Below, piece after piece: positions 1 to 11,889 of a DNA stretch of 64,000 nucleotides. The notes beneath the pieces were generated by a model. The model had not been told where the DNA came from and made no database searches. It was given only the letters and a program-made list of their open reading frames with translations. Within the stretch, counting starts at the first letter, position 1; each line of letters opens with the position of its first letter. A program made the position numbers and the translations under genes. Source of the DNA: Mobula hypostoma (Eukaryota); the NCBI RefSeq assembly GCF_963921235.1, contig NC_086108.1:39930001-39994000 (forward strand), given 5' to 3'.

Positions 1-3000
1 TATAATTAAACAAAATGCAGATAGTGAAAATACAAAATTACGAATGTGATTGAAAGCGATAGTGGTCACAATGCAATTAGTTTTTCTGAGCAGGTTGTGT
101 AAGGTAGCCAGATTTATATGCGTTGAATCTTTAAATGGTGTAAAATCATCAGTGCTTTATATTTTTACTGCGTTTTGTTTCTCGTATTAAGTACAACCAG
201 TGTTTTGCAAAAGCAATCCTTTTCTGATGGGTACTTGAGATCCAGCTGATTTGTCAATAATACAGATCTGGGAGTGTGAATAGAGCAACCCTGCTTATGT
301 GGTTTGGTTTAATGGGTTGTCTCCATGGCAGAATGCTATTTTTGTTTAATTCTGCAGATACTTTTTAAACTGCTAATTATAAACAGTGCTGATGCTGTAA
401 GCAATATCTATAGTTGTCAAACTTCGGTCATTCTGCTGAGATTGGCTCTTTCAAAATTCATGGATTCTTGCTCTCTAGCTATAGAAGACTGCTAGCTTAC
501 TCAGTGGCATCAGTTATGAGAAAATAGGAACGGACTGGAGATATAGCCATGCATGCATAGTTCAAACTAAAATATTCTGGACAAGGATGAGCATATGTAT
601 ACAGTCAGTGCTTTTGCATGAAAAACTACTCTTCAGTCCCAAGTACAAAAAAGGTAAGTATTATTCAAAATCATTTGCTTATTTCAAATTATCGGGTAAA
701 GGATTTTGCATTTGGATTAATTGGAAGACATGATAAGAATTGTCCTTCAGAATAATTGGCAGTCATTCGTTTTTTTTGTGAGATTACGTGATTAGGATTA
801 TTCGGACAAGATTTAGACGGAAGTATATAAATCCCTTCCCCATTGTTTAATCCTAAAGAACAAGTGAGATTAAATTTTTCAGAAAATCGATTCAGTTTTA
901 AACTAAATGGCTGATGTGGAGTTGTGTTGCAACTGGAGAAGGTTATTGCCCAGGTCACAGTGGAGAAAAATAAGACAATGATGTCAAACAATTAAATGTG
1001 TTACAATTTTGTTTTAAAGACTATTAAAATTATGTTGTGGAGCTGAAATTTGTAAATTATGCTATTATGTTTATTTTTAATCCCCGAAGAAGTTGTTATA
1101 GAATTTGGTAACTGTGTACATTTGAGTTTTGGACATAATATCAGGAATAATATTCTATTTTTATTGGTACAAAGATCACTCATCGATTATAGATGAGAAT
1201 TAAAAGTATTTTTATACTCAATTATATTCAATTAACAATGTGTCGGTTGGCTACATAGGACATCACTCTTTTGTACTATAGGAGCAGGTTATAATAAATT
1301 TTTAGTGGCTGCCCCAAAATTCTGCTTCACATCCTGACTCTGATTTTGTGGCACTGTGGTTCTGCATATTTACTTCATTACAACAAAATTAATTTCATTG
1401 TTGTTGTCTGAAGCAAGATATTGGTTCCCTTTTTGCCATAGTTATAAACTGTACCCAAGTTCACAGACAGAAAGTGGCCCAGATTAGCCTTAAATACTAG
1501 CTTCATTACTAACTGGAACAAACAATGCAATTCAAAACCAAGTACCTTGTTGTTTTTTTCAATATGTACTTGGATTAGTAACTTTTAATGCAGATTATGC
1601 AAAACATACTTAAAGCTTTTCTCAACCTACCATTTGTGTGTGGGGATATGAGTTGGCATAACAATTGTGTTGGATATGTTGGAATAGGAGTTGAGTGTGC
1701 AAAGGAGGAAACAAGAACAATCCAATGCTTTTCTCATGAGTATAGATGGAAGGAATCTCACTGACAATGTTGTAGGGGAGTGACAACATCAGCAATGTTC
1801 TGGGAGTTGGGGAATGGGCTGGAGATGAGAACAGGGGATGGGAGTGCTTCCTTGATACTGCTGGGTGTTTCTTCTGGGGTGGATGGGGGAGAGGTTCCGT
1901 TGAATAGATTCAGTGTGAGGCAGGGGCTAGGATTTAATTAGATGTTTCTAGTTAAATTAAGTTCCCCTAAATTAGTAAAGTGGCAGTGGGAATATCCAAT
2001 GATGAAAAAATGTTCCCCTGTAATATTCGAAGAGGACTGCTGCGTGATGGAAATCATTTTCTGTGGGGCTCTGATGCAGAAATCGCATTAGGATCACATG
2101 ACTGACTCAAGGAAATGCCAGTTGAACTTACACACTAAACAACCCAGAAATGGATATAAATGTGCTTTTAGCAGAAAAAATTAACTTAATTTCCATGATG
2201 TTAGGAGAGGCAGTGGGAGGGTTGGGACAAAAGTATATTGTAATTGAATTGCCTGACATTTTTCTTATTGTTACACAACATAAAGTTATTGTTGAATGAA
2301 GGTAATAAATATTGAATCGGATTTTATATTAGAATGAGCGGTACCAAATTTTAAATGAAGATGATTTAATTGTAAAATGTTTCGGCAACTAGTCTGGGAA
2401 CATCATGCAATAGAATAATTCCTAGTATTAATTAATTCCTTGTTGTTCAGTGTCACAAATTATTTGCATAAATTGATAATATAAATCAGTTACTCATCTA
2501 CACGGACCTTGACATCTGAAGATGAGGTTTTACATGTTTCCTTCATTGTACAGAGCAGCAGTTGCCTCCTTAGAAGGTTGTAGGTTGGTGCCTTACAGTA
2601 AAAGAGAGAGTGCAGCCACCAGCCCTGAAGACAGACAGGATGCTCCCTTACCTTGAACATATCCAGAATACTAATAAGAAAAGTCGGACCCTTGAGGTCA
2701 GGGAGCAAGTCAATCATTTCAGTGATCGTCTCAGTGAGGAGAATCAAATTAGCCTGAAAAATTCAGCTGCTGGGAAGAGAGGGCAAGCAGCTGTCAGGGG
2801 CAGCAGCGATATGCACTAATGAACCAGATGAATAGTGCAAAAGCTAGAAAATAAAAACAGGACAGTTGACATTTTTCATCTGTCAAAAGCAGAAGATGCA
2901 TGAAAATAGGTCCATTTTAACTCTTTATTGCATATGCTTCTCGGCTGTTAATTCTATTTTAAAATGTTTTATGGACTACTGTGTTTAATGGCATGTAGTG

Positions 3001-4844
3001 GAAAGGTTAGCAGTGTTATTTCTTGAAGGTTCACTTAAAAGTTTAGTGATATTAGAGAATTATGTCATTGGGACAGTTTAATGACAGATGCTCTTTGTGG
3101 ATTCAGATATAAGTATTATTTTTGGGGAACAAACAGTTAAAGATACGTTTCAAAGAGCAGCCGACAGATGAGAGCCATTTTCAGCTTGTCCTGTCCCTGC
3201 TAAAGCTCACTGAGTAGCACAGGATGGTCTGCGTGTTTCGCAGAAGGTCTGCGTGTCTGGGGAATGTACACATTGTCCTTTGAAAATCAAACTTATTAGC
3301 ACATGCAGAAAAGGGTGACTGACTTTAGGGCACCACTGCACACATTGCAGTGTTGATGCTGTCCATGTTAAGGGATTTAAAGGGTAGTACTACTGAATCC
3401 CAAGGACAGTGTTACCATCAACAAAATATTATCTTGAGGATTATGCTATTTCTGCTTTAAAGCAACACATGTGTTATAGTCCACACAATTGATATGGCAA
3501 CAAACTAATCTTGGACTTACCTAACTTACTTTTGGAGTAATATTTAAAATGTAAAAATATTAAAGTAACAGCTACTTTTGTGACTGTGTGAATATTCACC
3601 TAAAAACAATTATTTTGACTAATGTAAATTCTGAAATTTAAGTTACCTTTTCTGCAGTATTCTGGTTGCCCTTTTTGGGCATAAGTGCTTCACTTTAAAG
3701 CAAGGACATAGAATTTATTGTTATGTGAGCATTTCTTTTCTTTCCAAACAGTAACCACTCCATGAATTTTTGTTGTTTGGCATAATAAAAATGTCACTTC
3801 TTAATTTTTTTAGGAATGTATTGATGTAAATTTCTCTGATTCAGCCTTCTGCCACAAGTTTAATTCTGAAGGTTCATGATTATTGGCAGCACTGACTGAA
3901 CTAGAGAGTTAGAATTAAATCGTATGGTAATGCTATTTTAATGCTCATGTAGAAATTAAGATGTGCAAGTCCTGAGAAACACGTAAGAGGAATGCATATT
4001 TTGCAAAAAGATGGGTGCACTTAACAAATGGGTTGGCTTTTATTTGACTGAAGAGGTGAACTGTATCTGTTCTAATTGGTGAATAACAGACCTGATAAAT
4101 CTTATAAAACACACTTTCAAACTTTGACCATGTCATTCAAGCTCATATTTCGACATATGGGTGTCATTTTTAAATGCTATGAAATGAGGCATGTGTATCA
4201 CCACCATTTGTATTGATGTGGGTACTAATTCAGATAGATTTACAAATTCACAGTTGTTGAAGTGTTTTGATGAGAATAAAATGAGAATCATTTTACTACT
4301 TCAATTTTGTAAGGTTCACTTGGCAGCTGATAGTACATTGGCAAATTATTTTTATTGAGTTCTGTCAATCAAATATTTGTTTCATCAAGCTTTGAAGACT
4401 AGTTCCATCTATTACATTCACAATGAACTTGGGCATGGGGTGGAACAGGATGAGATGAAGGACTAAAATTTTAACAATAGACTCAGCAATAAAATGTCAG
4501 AAAATTTTATTCCCAACTCCAGGTCCACTATTGTAGCTTGAGAAGAATCTGGAAATGTGAATTTCTGAACATCCGGGGTTAGTGATCATTCCAGTGAATT
4601 GTTATTTACATTCCCCTTGGGTTGACAGGATCAACAGTGACTTCTTTTTACCTTATCAATGAAGGTGCATTTAAGCTTAGAAAGCAAAAATTTATGAAGG
4701 GAAAATCATGTTCAATATTTCCAACAAGATCTGTTTTTTGAAGGTATAATTAGCAGGGTAGATAAGAGGGATTAGTGGATTTACTTTATCTGGATTTTCA
4801 AAATGGGATTAATAAAATGCCACATTGATTGTTACTTGAAAGTG

Positions 4845-5679
4845 CAGTAGATTGTGGTTAATTGAGACACATCGGGATTAGTACATTTTGGTGCATTTAG
4901 TTGGCTCCCCAATTAACCAAAGTTTCATGGAACTACTTAAATAGATATAAAAAAGACGAACTATCACTTAAATGAGTAACAAATTATGTATTTAAAAGAA
5001 ATACAGAACAAATTAGAACACACTAATGCTACTACAGTACTATAAAATTGTGTTAGTTCCTAATAGTTATCGATGGAGGAATTCATCCAGTGTACTCTGC
5101 CGTGTTCTTTTGACTGGACTGACTAAATGAATAAGATCAGCACAGACACCTAGTGGAAATAATGGACTACCTTCATACAATGCTTTTGATGATTGCATCC
5201 TTCAAATCTTCATTTTCATTGTAACATTCAAGATGATTTTCAATACCTTCAAATTCTTCATAGGTCCTAACTTGTTGTAGTACTGAAATTATTTCATTTT
5301 CACTCCTGGCTGTTTCTGGCATCTCCAAGCCTGGATGCTTGAAATCACAATGAGCAAAACAGTTCTGAATTGTCTTACTGTTTATTTATCACCAAAAAAA
5401 ATATCAGTGGCAAAAATCACTGCTTTTTGAATACAAACACACACAACTGATACTATTTAAAAAACTGTTTGCTCTAAGAATGGGGTAGTGTCTAATGGCC
5501 ACACAAATGTGCACGATTGACTTTAGTTAGAAACTGTTCGGCAACAGTCTTCTGTCCCAATTAAGCAGCATAGTGTCCTAAATGAAATGAATCCCAGCTA
5601 TTTTCTCTATTACCTTTTTTGTTAGTTCTGTAAGAGTTGTCTCAAATTAGTGGCTGACCCAATTAACCGAAATCCACTG
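4845..5679. mobile_element. Non-autonomous Tc1/mariner (Tigger/pogo-like) DNA transposon, 835 bp
   Basis: Imperfect TIRs: CAGTAGATTGTGGTTAATTGAG on the left and CAGTGGATTTCGGTTAATTGGG as reverse complement of the right end. TA at 5680-5681, TG at 4843-4844. Internal CCCAATTAA repeats. Confidence 0.75.
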
Positions 5680-6237
5680 TATTTGGGTTGACTTAAAAGC
5701 AGATATTGAAGATTGGTCTAAGAGTAAATTGGAGATGAACTGAATGAGTTGTTTCCAGGTTTGTACTCTGTTGCTAGTTTTGCTAAGTAAAATATATGTA
5801 TGTAGGTTGTCAGCTATTGCAATTTATATTCATGAGTTTAATGAATGAGTCTGTGTAATGTTATCAACCAAGTATGACAAAGTCACCAAGCCAGGTGGGA
5901 AAGTAAACTGGAAAGTGCAGAGTCTTCATATTGAGGAAGCATGATGTGCAATCATTCCTTTTCTATGATGAAAAATAAAATATGATTGTTTTAAATAGTT
6001 TGAAGCTAATAAATGTTGCTGCATGCAAGGATGTTAGTGCAGATGTTAGCAATTTGGATGGCAGTTGATATCTTGGCATTTCAGGAAAGAGGATGGACAG
6101 TACGAAAACCAAGGAAGTCTTGTTGAGTTTTTAGAAAGCTTTGGTGAGATCTCCTTTGAAATAGAGTGTGAAGTTTCATTATCCCTTCCTCAGTGAAAGT
6201 AATATGTTTCCAATAAACTTGCTCCCTTTTTTCTGGG

Positions 6238-6380
6238 AGCATCAATGGACAGAGTATGAACTTTTTGGGTTGATAACCTTTATTAGGCTTTCTGACAAAA
6301 TTTCATTGAACTGAAGCACTGATCTTGTTTCTCTCATCATAGATATTACTTGTTACTGTTTCCATTATTTTCATTTTTTT
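6238..6380. mobile_element. Degenerate Penelope-derived fold-back remnant
   Basis: Two inverted decayed arms resembling the terminal arms of the 28070-28921 element (agcatc...tttattagg / ctgacaaa...ctgaag...catagat). Confidence 0.4.
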
Positions 6381-7809
6381 TGTGTAAAATGTTTGTTTTT
6401 GGCTTTCAAAACAGTACCTTGGTATAGTATAAATTCAGAAGGTTGATTCCTGCATGGTAGAGTTGCCCTGTGAAAATAAATTAAGTGAGGTTAGAACACG
6501 TTCATGGAGCATTGGAGAATGAGGTAATCTCACGGAAAAATTTGAATTCTCTTGGAGGGGTTGACAGGGCAGGTGTCTAGACTCATTTCTGTTATTACTA
6601 ACTGGAGAGTCTAGAATAAGGAGTTGGCCAATTTAGTCTGAGATGAGAAATTTATTTATGCAGAAAGTTATAAATCTTAAATTTTCTACCGCAGTTGTTG
6701 TTCAAGTTGTGTATATTTGAGGTTGAGTTTGGAGGCTATGTGGATTGGATGGCAAAGTGGATCTGAGGCATAGGAACAGCTGTAATCCTGTTGTCTAGTT
6801 GAAATAGCTTGAGGGACCACATGGCTTATTGCTGTTCTTTCTTATATTCGTTTCAGGACTGCATATGAGAACTGATGAGTCAATGAGGGTTGGCTATGTT
6901 GTTGAAGGTGCTATTCATAAGGTGAAATGTCATATTGATACTCTGTTATTTTGCTGGCCTTTTAAAACAGGACATTCCCATTTGCCATGACCATCAAACC
7001 AAATACAGATACATAGCTATTGACAATTGCATTTGTGGATCTTATCCTGCTTACCTTGGCTGCTGCATTTAACAGTATAATAATCGATAATTAACTATAG
7101 TTTAGCCATGATGATGGGACAATGCAGAACCTGTTAGAGGTAAAAGACTATGCTAATAGGACGTTTTAACATTTTCACCCATATTTGCCTGTGTATTTTT
7201 TTGTTGTATTCAAAACAAGTTTGTCAGTATTTATCCTTCTTTCTCAGTCTTTCTGATAGGTCAGTCAGTCTTTCTCAGCAGTTTGTATATTGTTACCACA
7301 TTTGTAGTTTATGTGAAACCAAAGCTGAAAAACTATTTCATCAGTAACTGCTTTTTTTAAGCTGTGTGGGTTATTTTGTTTTTACATTATGGAAATGTCT
7401 GTTCATTCTAGCAATAAAACTCAAAAGATTTTTATTTGTATGGTTCAATGAATTCAATATGAATTGTACCTTTAGCAGTTTCCAGGATTCGTTTCTGAAG
7501 AAAGGAGGTTCAGGTGACATAATTGAGAAACCTGAACTCAGTAATTACACTGAGGTTGGACAAGTTGCTGTTTTCTGATGTCAACAGCCTTTAGTTAAGC
7601 TTGAACTTTATCAATGTTTTGCATGGCAAGTAGCTTAAAGTGGAAGCCATTGGTGAAAACGAGCTTGTGATAATTGAGAAAATGGGGCAAGCTGCTGTAT
7701 ACCTCCTTAATCAGTTTAAAGGTTTGTGATAGAAGTAATTCCAGGTATGAAGAGGTAAGGTAAATTATTGGGAGATTTTGAGGGCAAATCATATATATTA
7801 AAGGAATAT

Positions 7810-8000
7810 GAGAACATCAGAGAATAGAGGCAGTTGTGAGCCACTAAGTCCATCAACCTTGCTCTGCTATCAGTGTAACCATAACTGATCTGCTCTAGTT
7901 GTTGTCTCCTTTTGTGTGCCAATTCTGCATAAGCTCATTTCCCTGATACTTCAGAAGGTGTCTACTTTAAATATCTCCAGTGATCTAACCTCTACAACCA
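7810..8000 (-). mobile_element. CR1 3' end fragment, degraded
   Basis: Resembles the reverse complement of the CR1 3' UTR seen at 48440-48538 and 62590-62675. Confidence 0.5.
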
Positions 8001-10655
8001 TTTTGTAAAGTAGGGTGAGAGAGGTTATATTGGGGAAGTGGAAGTAAAAGGGTACATGTTTCAGAACATAAAATTTTGTTCAAAATCTGACCTATACCTG
8101 AGTTTTAATGGAATAAAACTCTACACTTCTTATAGTTAATTTTCATTATAAGAGGTGATGTCAAAATAATTAACACACATCATGTTATTAAACAGGTATT
8201 TATCCTGACATAGGCAGGAGTGTCAGTTTAATTTGTATCTCCTGTAGAAAGTAAGCATATTCATGCCAGTGAATGCCCTTTATCTGATGTTCCTCTGTCA
8301 TTTGTATATAAGAACAATAACAAAAGTATTTTAACACTAAATTCTGGATAATTAACTCCCTTTCAACGATTCTGCAAATAAGTAAAAGTTAGAATAAATA
8401 ATACTAGGGATATTCAGCAAGTCAGCATCTGTAAAGAAAGAAGCAGTTAATGTTGCAGATCAATGAAATTTAGCTGCTTTGTGATAACTAGGATTTACTT
8501 GTGTATTGATTTCACACCTTGAATGTAGAAGGTCTAAACAACAAGATTAGAGAAACCTTCTTTAACTTCATCGTCTTGCAGATTTAGTTGTAACATTGTC
8601 ACATGCATATTTTTTGATTTTCCTCACGAGTGACCAAAACTGGATAGGACTCTTGCTAATTGCGCCTTCTGCATTTACATTTTTGCAGGACATTCTTTGA
8701 AAGGTCATTCCATTCCACTATGTTAATATCACAAAAAGTGACTTGCATGGAAAAGCCAGTTTATTCTTAGTACTTCGTTATTGTTACAGTGATCTCAAGT
8801 TCAAGAAAAGAATATCATTGCTAGACCACTGTATATATGACTTTATCGTTGGTTGTATGATCATTTTTGAAAAACTAATTCCCAGCAAGGGGCCAAACCT
8901 GAGAAATTAAGTTCTATTAATATGGGACAAGTTAACCCTAAAACTCTTGCAGCTTTTTATCTTGCAGGTATTATTCAAGTTTATTTGGAAGAGTTATTAT
9001 TTAAAATTCCTGAATTTATGACTGTTGATGGGGTGCACAAATCTGTGTTGCCACACATTTCATTGCATTACACGGTGTAATCAAAATTTAGATCAATTCC
9101 TTGAGGAGTTGGGAATAGCTCAAAATAGTGGAGTTTAGCTTAAAAAAAAACCTTACCGCAATATGTGAACGGTACTAACAGCTATCAAAATGTTGACTTT
9201 TTTATGTACGACACTTTGTAGTACTCTAATAGTTACAAAAGTAGAATAGCAAAAATATCGGGATGTAGATTTTGGACTAATAAATTGGTGAAACTTTTAT
9301 CTCTTAAAGAATATGTGAAATTTAAGTTTATCATTATATTGTCTGATGAGATCAGATTGTTGTGCTTCTAATTTCTATCAAATCCAATGTTTTGATCATT
9401 GTACTTCTCGAACAGTAAAAATAAGAATTCTTCTGTTGACATACCTTTATTTCCATATATATGTCATTCTACTTTTTTTATTCCAACACCTTCCATTTGC
9501 ATAATTTGCTTACATTTTCAAGAGAGGATTTCAGTTCCTTTTCCAATCTGGTTTGCATTAGATAAAGGAAAGACTAAATCCTGGCAAAGCTTTACAAAAC
9601 TCAGAGAATGGTCAGTGGGGATCCTGGTAGTTAGTTGTACCTTGCTCAGACACTGAGGCTAGCAAACAAAAAGCAAGTGCAGGGAAATGTTTTACATAAA
9701 TATTATACATGCACACATAAAAGTATAGATCGTGTGCATGAGATCTTGCGCAAAATTGCAGTTTTCAGGGTATCCAGCCCTCAAAGTCTCACTTGGATCT
9801 CAAGAAGATAACCCTAAGTTAGAAATGTAATTACAAATTGCAACGCTTTAGGTATACATTTTAATTACTGTGGTTGAACAACAATTGTGCATTCTTCTGT
9901 TGGTAAACAAGTGTGCTTTATTTGCACTGGTAATGAAAATGTGAATGGATTCAAAGTGTCAAATCATCTGCAACTTAATTTCTTAGCATTACAAATCTGG
10001 GCTGTTTTGTTGTGTAACTTTAGTTGGTAATATCAAAACTTTTATACATCACAAAGCAAGGTTCAGACAACCTGTTTCTCTTTCACTTAATACCTAAATA
10101 AAAATCAGTTTCATGCTGAAGCTTAGAAACATTGATTTCACCTGACCATGTGCCAACACAGGAAACCTGGAACTCGTGTTGGTCTTTCCATTCCCTATTT
10201 CTGTTCTTACGTTACTGATGGTACATAATATTGTGCAAATGCTAATTGTTAAAGAGGTTCAACATTGCGTAAAAGGTAACTTCTTTTTCTTAGGGGCTAA
10301 ATTAAGTAGATGAAAAAAAATTAGATGGATCCATGTTTCATCGTACTTGGTGCTCATCACAAGTATCTACTTATAAGCAGAGACCAGAGGTTGAAACATT
10401 GAAAGGTCTATAGATTAGTGAAGTTTATTCATTTATGTTTTAGTAGAACATATCCTAGTCAGTCTGCTGAAATTATTTGAATGGTATAATGCAAATCAAA
10501 TGTAGGAATCTTTTTTAAGGTGGAGTGATTAAAGAGCTAGTTTTGCATGATCTTAAAAGTAGTAAATCAAATTTCTCATTCAAACACCATATTTCTATGC
10601 TTTTATTTCATCAGAAATAATCTTGTGTTTGATTTCTCCTCTTTTTTTCCCTTAG

Positions 10656-10769
10656 ATGGCTGCTCTCCAAAGTCCATTCTATGGTGATAAAATGAACTTA
10701 TATTCTCTCTGTAAAAAGATCGAACAATGTGATTATCCTCCTCTTCCTTCTGACCACTACTCAGAAGAG
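10656..10769 (+). CDS. NEK7: NEK7 (NIMA-related kinase 7) penultimate coding exon, 114 nt, phase 0/0
   Basis: Translates to [38 protein letters not shown]. Preceded by a polypyrimidine tract and ttag acceptor, followed by a GTGGGT donor. LYSLCKK and PSDHYSEE match NEK7 rather than NEK6 (LFSLCQK, PGEHYSEK) as recalled. Confidence 0.96.
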
Positions 10770-11875
10770 GTGGGTTCTGTTTTGTTCAAACTATTGACAG
10801 TCTTTTGATTTGAAGAACAACAGAAGAATTATGAGATAAGATAATGCTCAAATATTGGATCCCTATTGGAAAGTGTTTGCTTTCATTGCAACTAGCTGTA
10901 TTTTGCCTTATATTAGAGGAATAAAAGTTAGTCATCATAAATTTACCTGTAGTGTTATTTTCTGTCACTTAAGTTGCAACGGACGGAAGGGAGTGTCAAA
11001 TTATCTTGTACTGTACTTGGCTTAGATTTTCTTTGTGACAAACATCCTTGCACTAAGGCTAATAAATTGTAACTTTATCCCCATCAACTGAGTGGATCTT
11101 AGCCTGGCCATTTGCAGAAGTTGGTGAAATGGGAAAAATGGAAGAATGCCGCTCTAATGTTCAGTTCAAGAGCAATAAAATGGTTTATTCCCTCCTTTAA
11201 ACATTTATAAAAAAGGAAAATACACTTGTAAACTGATGCAGAATAATATATTTCTTATTTCACAAATCAGTAAAACTTGTTATTACTTGTAGTAATAAGT
11301 GCAAACGTGTTTAAAAGAAAATTATATCCCATAGCAATTGCTGGATGACCTTATTTGATTTGTGCTTAAAAAGCACTCTTAAAGGTTTAATGGGAAAGTT
11401 ATATTTTGGCATCGGTGTAGAACCAAATTTGGAAATGGATGGGGGAGGGGGGATATTGGGAGAGAAATCTTTTGCAAAATTTCAGTTTTTCTTTTTAGTA
11501 TTTGCTTTGGATTAAAATTTATGTGGAGTAAACTTATTTTTTTTATTTTGTTTTCTAATTGTTCAAAAATCCCTTCTAATACTTCACATTTCCAGTAATG
11601 TATATATAAATGTGTCAGTACAGATTGCTTAAAATCTGTGGTCTAGATGGTAGAGCTAGGTGTAAACAATAATGTGAAAGATGGCAAAAATGTCATAGGT
11701 TGTTCTTTATTGTGTCATTCAGACTGTCTGCTTTTGCTGTGATGCACATGAATATTTCACGTATCTGCATCTTCATCCCCATTCTTCTTGACTAATTTTC
11801 AGACTGTCTGAATTTGCATTTCACATGGTAGCTGATTAGGAGATGTTGAGTGTGGTAGAGGAGCCTCAGCAGGCG

Positions 11876-11889
11876 GTTGCTATGGCTAC
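11876..11889. promoter_or_regulatory. RFX X-box motif in a GC-richer intronic island
   Basis: GTTGCTATGGCTAC versus the consensus GTTGCCATGGCAAC. Confidence 0.45.

Larger units (their letters stand above)
4640..6850 (+). mobile_element. Old degraded CR1-type LINE fragment, interrupted by two insertions
   Basis: Decayed RT sequence at 4700-4840 (resembles FFE.V.SRVDKG..VD..YLDFQK) resumes after 5681 and ends in a CR1-like 3' tail (gcttgagggaccacatggcttattgctgttc) near 6850. Confidence 0.6.

Noticed and set aside
1..10655. Earlier NEK7 exons (for example GTPYYMSPE..KSDIWSLG)
   Set aside because: Not found by eye; presumably upstream of the window.
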